A DNA stretch of 64,000 nt from assembly GCA_030704615.1 (NCBI GenBank), contig CM060733.1:12896001-12960000 (forward strand). The letters run 5' to 3'. Of this stretch, positions 1 to 11,517 are shown in pieces. Source of the DNA: Takakia lepidozioides. Lineage: Eukaryota; Plantae; Bryophyta. The notes beneath the pieces were generated by a model. It ran no database searches, was not told where the DNA came from, and saw only the letters and a program-made list of their open reading frames with translations. Position numbers and translations under genes: made by a program. Position 1 is the stretch's first letter, and every line of letters begins with the position of its first letter.

Positions 1-399
1 GGTGGCCCCATCGCGTTTTTTCTTTTGGAGTTGGTTTTTACCAAAGCTCGGTGCTTGCCCTTACATGACAGGTGCGAGCCATTGCACGTTGATGTGCTTG
101 CAATTACATGCTCAGGCTTATTTATCAAAACCAAGACTACAAAAATGGACGGAGCTCTCATGGGAAAGGTCTTCCTCATTTGGATGCTTCTTTATGTTAC
201 CTTAGGAAACTGTGCAATGTTCAAGTCCGGAGTGAGGCATTTGTTTGCAGATAATGAACCGCCAATAGGGTTTAGCTTCCTTCCAATTTTGTGTGTCATT
301 GCAAAGAGGAAGAAAAAGAACCTAGACAATACACGCATTGGGATCATGTAGAAAGAAACGCTACGGCATTCTACACCTGAAATACAATGCAAGAAATAT

Positions 400-530
400 T
401 TAATGTTCTACAGAATGAGTTCCGAAGCTTTCAACAACTTAGTGGTAGAATTGACACCTTTCTTGCAATCTGGATGTCTTAATACTGTGAGGCCACAATT
501 AGAGATCAGAAAAAATGTGGCCATTGTAGC
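400..530 (+). mobile_element. PIF/Harbinger (HARBI1-like) DDE nuclease N-terminal fragment
   Basis: FYRMSSEAFNNLVVELTPFLQSGCLNTVRPQLEIRKNVAIV matches the Harbinger 'FRMS..F..L...L.P.L......R..I...K.VAI' segment. No catalytic core follows. Confidence 0.6.
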
Positions 531-2990
531 ACGTACAGTGCGGCAGGTCCTGCGCAGGTCGCAGCAGCAGGTGCGAGACAACGCAACTCCGTTTTTATTG
601 GGTAAAACAGGATTTCTACTGCGCAAGATGAAAAAATAATTCACTTTACCTACAATTGGATTATGAATTGGAGTGAATCCAATCGGGATTCGTCAGGCAC
701 CGAATGGTTCAGAACGCCTACCTTGTAAATGCAGCACGCTCACGACAGGTGAAAGGAAGGCACAACACGGCATTGTGAAGGCGTCAGGTCACTAGGTATT
801 GATCACCAGGCCGTGATCTGTGTTGTGGATTTCATGAGCTCACGTTTTGTGGAAGCTTCAAGCACCTAACCTACTAATAACGATGGCAGCTACTTGCAGC
901 CTGTTTCTGCCGGTGCAGCCTTAGCGTGTGACGATGCTTTGACTACAGCGACAATCCATCCCCGCCGCAGAGCTATAATGAAGACTAGACAATGGGATAC
1001 TCGATGGAAAAATACAAAACTACGCGCTGCATTCACACGAATTCCATGCGAGGATGGGAGTGATGATGAGCACGCTGGAAGGGGGCCCTGGTGCCGACTG
1101 CCGACCTCCGTCACCAGCAAACTGTAAAGTGCAGCGCAGGTTGCGTGTAATCGCGGAGTAACTAATCTCTCCATCGTGGACCTTCATTGTGCCGTCGTCA
1201 TCATTCCATCTTAAAGAACTTTAGCTTTCCACATTCCAACAAGTTTGACCACTGATTCTTTCAACTGCGGACAGTGCGGAGTCCACCAGATGATATGTAG
1301 ATCCCTTATTGTGTCCCTGGCTACGTGGACCTCGTGCAATGATACTTCTCCAGCTCTGTTTCCATTTCGCATAGACTTGAGCGCCGACATGAGAAATTGG
1401 CTATGGAGCCCACAAAATCGTTTCTCGCCCCCCTCTCTACTGTGTTGCCAACTTCCCGCATGGACCCCTTGGGCCGGCTCCCGTGGTTGCCGTAACAACA
1501 AAAGTTGTGATGTGACAATCGATTGGAGTCTGGTACGTTTGAGGTAACTGGGTCGGTGCTTTACACAGTTCCCAGCTTCCGATACAGTAAGTAATGCACC
1601 TGAGTTCTCCATCTGTCTTTCACTGTTTGATTTCTGTTTTGTGGTGGGCTGTGAGTGGTTCTTCGCTTTGTCGTGTGGGTGGTGTGTGCTCCAATAAGCT
1701 GGGTCGTCGTTCCTTTATTTTACAAGTTGCCATAGATGATTGGAGTCCAGCCTGCTCCGTATCCACATCGAAAACTGCTATCCTCCGAGGCCCCACCAGT
1801 GACTACGTATTCCCACATACTTTTTAGTTGAGGATGATCGTGGACTTAACTTTCAGAAGATCTTAGAACACCCAGACATCATATTTGTTAAAATTATAGC
1901 AGTACAATAGCCGTACTGGGCATCGAACCCACAGCTATTTCTCGTTAGACCTGTGCCATCCAATCCATCTACCAAACACTACCCATACTATTGGCATCTA
2001 TCAATGTTATGTACTACATTTGGTAGAAAATGTGGTGACCTGGATCTTCCGCATGGACGGTAGAGGCAGGTGGATGGGGAGGGGGAATTCCATGTCCTGT
2101 CTTCACTCTTAGGGATATGTGCCCAATGGAAGGGCGGTACTTAGATTGCAAGAAGAGTCTCTCGAACCTGACGAAAGAGAAGGTGCCCCAAGAAGATGGC
2201 CGCTGTTGCCATACATAGCTGCGCTTTTTTGTCTTGGGTTTTTGGCGATTCAGCCATGGCGACCGTCGCACTCCGGGTCCCACAGGGGGAATTTCTTCAG
2301 GACTTGGGCCTCACCTGCGAAAAATCCAGCAGAGGCTTTGACTCAGGTTGGTGTTTTTGAATGCAGCACCTTCTAGGATTTGAGTTTAGAGAGATAGTAG
2401 GCAATCTCCTTTGTGGGTTTTATATTGAACAGATTTGGGTGTTTTGCACGAGAGCATAAGGTGCAAATTGCGATATTGTCGGTGGCTATGCAGGAGTTTC
2501 AATTAGAGAGAGGTGAGGGAGACAAGATTTTGGAAGGGTGGGAATGGAGACATTGAGGTTTTCCATTTTAATAGACGATATACTTACTAATTGAAGTTTG
2601 ACCTCACTAGGATATTTTCTCGGCTGCAATGATGAGCACAGCAGGTCCTTCATGCTATGGTTTTGAATCACGTTTCCTTGCACCCTCTGTCTCTCTTCCC
2701 CTCCCCTCTCTTTCTTTCAGGAGAATTGACAAAAGCAAGCAATATCACAGGATGGGGATCACAAAATGACAACAGAGCAGCAAGTGCACATTTTTGTTTG
2801 TACTGATGAGACCGACCTCCGGCCTCTCGCAGTTCTTATCAACTCCACCATCTCGAATGCCTTGTGTGTCCCCTACATATTTTCTCTTGTCAGAATCTGC
2901 TTGAAATGAAGACTCCTGCAATGTATCCGGTTTGTGCTCTGTGCTTGTAATGACTATTTGCACTTCGGCTCATTGAGCAGGGCACAGTGG

Positions 2991-4480
2991 GAGAGAGAAT
3001 GTACTCATGAGACGTTGTTTGCTGAAGCCTTGTGGCCATAGACCCCACGTCCAGTTTGGAGAATACCTTTGTGAGGCGCTCGCTCCAGTAGTGGGACTTA
3101 CATTGGCATAAACAATTGGTTTGGGCATTCCAGATTTCGTCTCCAAATCCCTTCACACAAGCATCAATCTGCTGTGTGTGAGCTGCCCAGCAATTAGACC
3201 CCAACAGTGCCAGGGTTTAAGGCCCAGTCTTGATTTTGAAAGTTGGTGAACAGAGGTGCAGGGACTATGTTCTTGATCGTCCTGAAGACGGTCTCTCTTT
3301 GATTAGAATACCTGGGACATTATTCAGAAAATGGATATTATCTTCAGGCCGTCCACACAGTGGGCATTGACAATCTCCCTTTCCCCTCTACATCTGTTTA
3401 CTGTAGACTCCCCGCTCTGTGTTTAGATATCAGGCTAGTACTGAGGGTAGGTAGGACCTTAAGATCATCCTTAATGTCCTCACCCATGTCACAAACTGGA
3501 AAGAAGTTGAGGGAAGTTTTATTCCTAACTTCGTTTGTGTGGACACTTTGAGCCTCAAAGTCACCTTCATCTAGCAGGGTCAGTTCTTCCTGCCTAGTAT
3601 TCAGGTACTTGAAAATCTCCTCTTACCTTTTTCCTGCCACGACTTAGTTTGGGTAACAGGTCGGTCTTAATTTCATGAAATAGAGCCAATCATCTTAGGG
3701 TATCTGGTATTAGGCGTGTGATTCAACTGACCCCACATCTGACCTTGAACACATCACATTGGGAGAGAGCTCAAGGGTGGTGCACCAATCTTGCCCCGAA
3801 CAGTCACATTTGTTGTTCTACAGCACTTTGACATGCTCTCTTTTGAGCACCGACTGGTGAATGGAGTTGCCCTCCCACACAGCAGATGCAATCTCCAAGG
3901 TAAGCTAGTAACGTCGCTCAACGTTTTGACTAAAGTTTTAATCCCTCTGCAGTGGACAATTTTAGCAAGACCCGAAGCTTTGCTTTTAGCTTGTTTAAAC
4001 TACTTTTTGTATATTCCGATCCCAGTTACAACTGGAGGAGAACTCAACACCAAAATATGTGTTGGAAGGGAGCACAGCCCCACGTCCAGTTGTGATCCCC
4101 TCCTCCCTCCCCAGGGAGAGGTGAGAGGAGAGGTTACAACCTTGAGCTACACCTTGGTCAATGTGAAAGAAATTAGACTTCTGGCATTGACCATAACACA
4201 ACTTTTGGTGTTTGCATACACGTTGTGAACCATCCTCCACATCTTTCTCTTGACACCAGAAGACCACAGATGAAGCCACATTCTGTCACACCATACCATG
4301 TCTTAAGCCGTTTTTTCAAGTATCCAAGTGGGTTTTCCTTCTTCAGTCCTTCCTGTCTGGCTTAGGGTAAAGATATTGTTGTTGCAGCCCCAATTTCTCT
4401 TGAAGCCCGCCTGACCTTCATCGAAAACACTTTTAGACTCCAAATTTACCTCGAGACGATGCTTATTATTCTATAAAACA
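2991..4480 (-). mobile_element. Degenerate 5'-truncated non-LTR retrotransposon (LINE) inside the GT8 intron
   Basis: RT motif FFHIDQGVAQGCNLS (~4130-4175). Thumb-like KESMSKCCRTTNVTVRG. C-terminal knuckle CPLCG..EDNIHFL (~3325-3370). Conserved 3' end followed by a (CT)n tail at 2991-3045. Confidence 0.8.
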
Positions 4481-4494
4481 TGGGAGAGGGGGAG

Positions 4495-4542
4495 AGATTG
4501 TACTCATAAGACGTTGTTTGCCGTAGCCTTGTGGCCATTGAC
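4495..4542 (-). mobile_element. ~50-bp LINE 3'-end stub
   Basis: TGTACTCATAAGACGTTGTTTGCCGTAGCCTTGTGGCCATTGAC, near-identical to 2997-3045, embedded in GA-rich tracts. Confidence 0.8.
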
Positions 4543-7500
4543 GGGGGAGAGAGAGAGAGAAAGAGGAAGAAAGAAGAAACTCTATATCGTCCACGGGCAG
4601 GTCAAGGGCTTTTAAGATAGACAAAACAAGACAGAGAAGTGAGGCCCCCAACCCATCCACTAGAGAGGGAGAGAAATGAAATGAAATGAAATGGTGCTTT
4701 ATAACGTCCGCGGAAAGCTCATAGAGCTTATGGGAGAGAGAAAGGAACTTCATAACAAATTAGAAGCAAAAAGAGCTATTGGGACAGAAGAGAAAACGAG
4801 ACAAAAGAGAGGTAACGAGACAGAGGGGCATGTGGTTGATTTTGCAGGCATCCAGACCGGTTATATTTCCACTTGGTGATGCCACCTAGTCAACACATCA
4901 AAGGGTTATGTCTCAAAGCTTTTTTCCACAAAGCCAACGTTGAGCTGGCCGGTTACGACGAAAATGCATTTGGGTAAGAATTAGTCTTAAAAAATGCAAA
5001 CCTGCACACAAGGCATGGACATAGGAAGACAAGGACTCGAACCCTTGTACATTTCTTTGGGTGTGCTCCCTTCCTCCCCAGAGGGGTATAATCTTCACCT
5101 ATCACTCACATTCCAATTTGAGATCAGTTAGATTGAAGATCAATCTTGGAAATGAGGTGTTGTTGTCTGTGGGATTGGTGGTTTGGATAGCGGTGATAAT
5201 ATCAGCATGGTGACGGCATAGCATTCAACAGTTGATTAGAGATGTCTGATCTCTTCTAAAGAGTTGTTGTGTAGTCAAAAGAAATTAATGGGTACATGGA
5301 TGCTAAGAAGAGTAAAAATCCTCTATCCTTTGTTTGTGCTTGGGGGGGTGGGTCGGAGGGTGAGTTCATAAACTCTTGAGATGTACATGGACACATGGCC
5401 TGACATATAGATGGTTGGATGTAAGCAGCAACATAATAGACATGCACGAGGTGGAGGAGCACATCTTCTTCTGCAATGACAGCGGTGCACGCAAGGAGCT
5501 CACAAGCCCCTACAACTTCATACCGTTCTGTTTGCCTTGGATTTTACCAGGATATTGACCGCTTCATCTACCTTGACTCTGACATTGTGGTCAAGGTATG
5601 CCTTTCAAACTTTCAAACTTTCAATTTGCCATAATGTGAATTGGATGTCCAGATGTGGGGTCAGAGTTTATCTGAGGCATTGCCGCTGGGTATCAGAGGG
5701 TGAGGTTTGAGCTATAGTATCAAATCAGAATCTTATCTGTTTTGTAAGGCTGAGGGTCAACTTGAAATGGCAAGGAAGTCTGTAAATGATGTGAGGATCG
5801 CTAGAAATCTGGACTCCACTAAGCCAATTGACACGCATCCCCATCAACCTCTGTGAAAGAACGTTTTACATTTGGATAGCTCATTTATTGTCCATCACTT
5901 TATGTCCAAAAGCTATACCAGCCAATCTGCTGGTGCCATGAAGCATTCCCTGTCAGGGTGCTCTAATTGGGACCTTGTACAGTTTGGCCAGGTTCTAAGC
6001 CAAAAATCCCCTGCACACATGCCTGACACCAGTTGAGAGTATAACTGCATCAGCTACTGAAAGGCACGGCTCTTATGAGGGGCACATTGTGTGCTGTGTT
6101 TACGGGGCGATATTGAGGAGCTCTTTCACACGGACCTGGAAGGTTATGCTACAGCTGCAATTGAGGAGTGCTCCCAGAACATAGGAATCTACTTTGACTT
6201 TCAGAAACTTGAAGCAATCCAATTGAGAGAGGAGCCTCAAAAACCTTCTTGGATTCCAAGTGTGCCCTTCAACCCAGAGGCCTGCGTTTTTAACAGGGGG
6301 TGCTTGTTATAGATGCAAAGGAATGGATCACAGAGAAATTAACGGAGACAATCATGTGGTGGATGGATGAGTTCCGTGAGGCAGATGAAAGTATGTCACT
6401 GCTACTTCCAGTCTGAAGTACCGCACTTGGGAACATTTCAGTCTTTTGGCGTTTATACCGGTCCACAGAAGGCTTGTAGTGATGAGACCAAAGAAAGAGC
6501 TTTGCAGTTTTCTGACAGTTCCATACTGAGACTGGGAGGGGTATCAACCTTTTCTATTTGATGAACTGTCACCAGAATTTTGTGTTTTTCTGGATTTGCA
6601 GGGCTGGATTATCTCAGCCACCCTTTCTGCTTGCGCTCTATTGGAAACATAAAAAGCTGGATGGCACATGGAACGTGCGAGGGCTTGGACGCGACCACCT
6701 GAGTGATTTAGAGAGAGATTATATGGCCAAATTGTTTTCCAAAAGGTATGAGAGAAAGCCCTTCATAGCTCCCTTGGCTGATTCTGCAAAGATCCTGCAT
6801 TTCAATGGGAGATTCAAGCCTTGGAAGATGAATCAGACACAAGAACCTGCAGGGGAGGTTGTTTCTCTTTGTGGATGAAGAGGGCAAGAGTGTGCAAAGC
6901 TATGGTGGGAGTACCTCTCTCCAGCTGCAAATGAAGTTTTAAAGGCCACTTGCCAAGGGTGTGGCTGTAGTTAGAATAGGACAAGCCGTGGTTGTTTTCA
7001 TCAATTTGTTGGTCCTGCACCAGGCATGACTACGCAAAGCGTTGTGAGATCTTCATGTGACTTAACTTTCACAATGCCACTAGGTGTTTGTCACAGTGTC
7101 ATGATATGTGTTTGTTTGAAGTGGTCCGAATGGATGAGTAGGGTTGTGCATGGCATCCATGTGACATGTTGGACTTGTTTTAACTCCTCTCTGCTTCCAG
7201 CTTCTCTACCATTTGAGCATTTAACGGTTGGTGAAGGAAATGGCGAATGTTGATGTTGAGTTTGGAGGGCTTTGATCCAAAGCCATCCAATTTTCGCGGA
7301 ATAGATAAAGAACTGCTGTGTATTTAGCTTGGGACATCAATTTGTTAGTGGATGTTGGCCCAGACTACGGTGGGCTCTGTCATCAAAATTGAAGATGATG
7401 AGGATCCCATTGGACTAGCAGTGTGCTCAACCTCACTACATACAAAAGGTCTTTGCCTCACGCCTATCTTCTTTGAGCCTTCCTTGGGCCAATAACTTTT

Positions 7501-8754
7501 TGCTCTTCCCTTGTAGAGGTGAAATCAAGGCTTTTAAACATTCAAATGGCCAGTTAGATTTGAACATTTGATTTTTTGTAGGGCACTTCGCAACTTGTAC
7601 TAAATGGCTTGGGGTTTTTCACACCAGATGTTTTATCCAGTGTTGGGAGGTTCTTTGATTCAGTTACAAACTCCCAGAGGTTATCAAGAAGGTTATTTGG
7701 ATATATAACCGCGGTTCTAAGAAAAACAAAGGACCGGCAAAGGCTCATAACCGCCGGTTACGGTGTTTTGAAATAACCAGCCTGAATACTGTCAACGATC
7801 TGCCAAAGACCTGCCGTTAAAACCGCCTGTTCTTTGAGGTTCTTACAATTAAACGGGTACCGCCCTCAGGTCTAGGGTGAGCTCCCATAGAACACCCTCT
7901 ATGGCTTCTGGCTCTGAGTGATTTGAGGAAACAATTAGCTAATTTGGGGACCTTAAGTTCGGGTGGACCTAGCCTGTAGGGGGACCTCAGAGCATCCCCA
8001 CCAGGGGTACACCAAACAACCCTGCAAGGGTAACCTCCTGCAGCCTCCAACACGCCCCTCCCCCACCTGCAACCCCATCAAACTACCCTGCACATGGCTT
8101 TTTTCTGACGTGCCTTGCTCCGGAAGGACCACCTGGACAGATGCCGCCTTTCCCTCACGCCTAAATGCAGGGAGTCGTATTTTTTAGTCATTCCAGCAGG
8201 GCCTAGAGGGCCTGTATCCTGCACGAAAGTACGGCCGGGGGTGTGGGTACCAGGGCGGGGGGGCTCCTTTGCCGTTGCAGGGGCATTTAGGGGCCCCCAG
8301 TGGAGATGCTCTTACTCTCTTACGATCCCTGTGGCGTTTGCTTCCCAGAACGACCGAAAGTATGCCCCAAAATTGCCCTAAAAGACAAAGGCATAAACCT
8401 ATCAGTTTTCCCGCCCAAATTTCCTTTACTCTTTTTTGTTTTCTTTCCAGGGCTGACGCAACGTGGCAGCTTAACACTCGCCTAGGGGGAAAAATTAGGT
8501 TTGGTCAGTGTGGGCATGCCTCCAAGCTTATACATAAACCCTACATTGGCAAGTTGAAACACAGAATCAAAGAACCAAAAGAACTCTTTAAATGTCTGAG
8601 GTGCCTCCTGCAAAGTTCAGGATCTTCATAGCCATTGAGGGAAAATCCCTAATGAGAAACAAATATCTGGCCCGAATCTTGTAGTGGGCACTGCATGAGA
8701 GAAAGAGTGGGGTTGGAGGGATTGGTGTGGGGATTGCATATACTTGTGACTGTC

Positions 8755-9917
8755 TAGGGAAGTCCAAAAAGGCCTTGATGTGAAATGCATCGCAATTCAC
8801 TTGATCACCCCCTAAAAGTGCGCAATTCAATTGAACTAACCCTAATTTGCAATTCAATTGAATTGTCGGCACACAATTCAATTGAATTGCGAGTTGACAA
8901 CTCACAATTCAATTGAATTGCCAATTCGCAATTCATTTGAATTGCTGACTACAATTCAATTGAATTGTAATCTATAATTTTTTAACTTAATTTTTGTATA
9001 TAATATATAATATATATGTACATGTATATATTCAAATTATATTTATACACATATAAGAGTATAAGCTAAAAATACATGTTGCCCGTCTATTCTTGCTGGC
9101 CCTCTTTCTTGTGCCCTTGAGGAAATTGTGGAGTTGTGAAGCCACCCTCAACCTCAGCGAGAAAGGGAGAGCCAGAGACGGAGACAGATCAGCAGCTTCC
9201 TGTGATTCACTGGCAAAAGAAACATGGCTGGCTCCGAAAAACAGACAAAATCAAACCTGACAGTTGATGAAAGGCTTCCCCTGCATCACCATGTAGTCCC
9301 CTAACACTAGTATCTGGCCCAGGACAAAGAAAACAAAAAATATGTTCATCTTGAGAATTATCAAAAATTTCGATACCCTTACAAAGGTATCATGTTGAAG
9401 TTGGGATGTGTGTTCCATATAAGTTTAATATATCAAACTCTTACACGTTGATACTCTTACATTGGTATCATGTTTGGTATATGTACATCGCCATATATTG
9501 GCACCAACATCCACAAAGAGAGACAATCCCGCTTTTACAAGCGCTTCGTGACTTCCTCTCTCTCTCTCTCCCTCTCTCGCTCTCCCTTAGGCTTATCTTG
9601 GGCTCAAGCCTTACCACGGGCAAAGGATTGACAAACAGACAGCAAGAATAGACGGACAACATGTATTTTTAGCTTATACCTGTGTATATATGTATGTACA
9701 ATTTAAATATATATATATATATATATTGTATACAAAAATAAGTTAAAAATTATAGATTACAATTCAATTGAATTGTAGTCAGCAATTCAATTGAATTGCC
9801 AACTAGCGATTCAATTGAATTGCAAATTAGGGTTAGTTCAATTGAATTGCGCACTTTTAGGGGGTGATCAAGTGAATTGCGATGCATTTCACATCAAGGC
9901 CTTTTTGGAATTCCCTA
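8755..9917. mobile_element. Non-autonomous foldback DNA transposon with long TIRs and a 7-bp target-site duplication
   Basis: TAGGGAAGTCCAAAAAGGCC... at the left end mirrors ...GGCCTTTTTGGAATTCCCTA at the right end. Inverted similarity covers ~8755-9100 vs ~9640-9917. GACTGTC flanks both ends (8748-8754, 9918-9924). The TIRs contain repeats of the palindrome CAATTCAATTGAATTG. Confidence 0.9.
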
Positions 9918-11517
9918 GACTGTCATCATAGCATGGTAGCTTTCACCATCTTCATGGCAATTGAGTACACCGAGAATATAAGAACACAAGCCGTCAAATG
10001 TGAGAAAGAACTGTATGCATGCGAAGCAAATCCAAGAGTCTTATGGCGATGCATGTGGCTCGTAGGGAGCGAGAGAGACATTGGTCTTGCAGAGTTCCCT
10101 GTTGGCGGAAGCCAATGTCCCAGGACCTTGGGCCTACCGAGACATTGAGAGCCCCTAAGATTTTGCCAAGAAAAACAGGGGCATGAAGTAGTGCAATTTG
10201 ATCATATGTGGCTACAGCACAGCATAGAAATGGTTCTTGGGAGAAGAGTGACGTTACATAGTTTGGATGACGATATCTCGCTACTTCCCCTCAATGTCTG
10301 CCATGGTGAGCTAGAAAACAGAAGATAATAATAACTGAATGTCTGATGTTTTTCTGGTTTACAGAGTCACGAGCCAGTACATAGCCGAGAAATATGAGGG
10401 TCAAGGAACAGCCTGGAAGAAGCCCAGAAGAAAGAGGTATTGTGGATAGCTGAAGTTGAAAACCTAACCTACCGTCCTCCCTTAAGGAAGTGTTGCAGAG
10501 CAACTGGACGCTGGGATTCTCACAGGGAAGCCCAGCAAGGAAGAGATGTTAGCTGAGCAAGGTATTGGAAATATGTAATGACCACCCTACAGAATAAGGT
10601 TTTTGGCTGAAAAACTTTTCTGCTCGGTGAAAGATGGATACTGAGTTCTCATACGAAGTTCTCAGAGAACATTGATAGGACAAGGTCCTCTTGAAGCAAG
10701 AAGTTTGTAAAGCATGGTGGCTGGCAACCCTCTTCACGCCCATCATGAAGGAGCTTGAAGGTGAAACTGAACGAACAGCTGGCTACATTCCATATGTAAT
10801 GGGGCAATCTGCAAGTTGGAATGTAGTGTTTCAAACCTTAATTGAACTGTAGCTGCACATGCCAGGCAGTTATTCTGTTCCCTCTCTCTCTATCTAGTAT
10901 GTACCAAGTGTGACAGAAACCAAAGAGGGAGATCCCTACAAAATCTGAAACTACAAAAGGAACTCCATTGCACTTGAGAATGAAGCCCTCAGGTGTTTGA
11001 GTACCAGGGCTGGTCCAAGTCGGGCCCAAACTAGTCATGTAGTAGTACCACAGCCACCACAATCTGTTCCAAGTGTTGTGTTGAATGTTGGCTAGCATTG
11101 TGCTGAAGTCTTTGTAGTCTCTTCACATCAAGATGTCCAAGCAGTTTTTGAATATCTTGTAAGGTTCAACACTTACTACAACACCGTGCAGTTGTTCACC
11201 CAGTGTAAGAGCGAACTAGAGCATTGCGTGAAGAAAACAAAACCAAACTCGTTTGGTAATACATCCACACATTCACTTCTCTGTGTGCAATGAGAGATTG
11301 AGCTCTTGACAGCCAGTGGACCTGCCACCAACCATGGGTCTTCAGAATGAAGACATTTATTGATTGTCCAGGAGTATATTTGCTAAGATAAATTTGCCAG
11401 TGGGATCCCACTTGGGCCAATAACAAGTAATTTGGCAGACTGTCAGCATTCTATGTTAGTCCCACCGTTTTCAATTGGAAGGGATTCGTGTCAAAACTAT
11501 CCCCCATTTTGAAAATA

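Larger units (their letters stand above)
2119..6960 (+). pseudogene. Glycosyltransferase family 8 (GAUT/GATL-related) pseudogene with introns
   Basis: Exon-like blocks: ~2119-2346 (type II TM anchor LLPYIAALFCLGFLAI, GT donor at 2347); 2721-2863 (VHIFVCTDETDLRPLAVLINST); ~5400-5595 (PYNF...RFIYLDSDIVVK, DxD motif); ~6105-6390 (GDIEELF...FNRG[V]LVIDAKEW); 6602-~6960 (SQPPFLLAL, WNVRGLG, ILHFNGRFKPW). Lesions: +1 frameshift ~5543, -1 frameshift ~6300, in-frame TGA 6876-6878 before CAKLWWEYL, no AG acceptor at ~6104, and exon 1 ATG out of frame with the TM segment. Confidence 0.85.

Noticed and set aside
1211-1612. 133-aa minus-strand ORF
   Set aside because: No recognisable motifs or splice structure. 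It may be a gene or TE fragment but cannot be supported.
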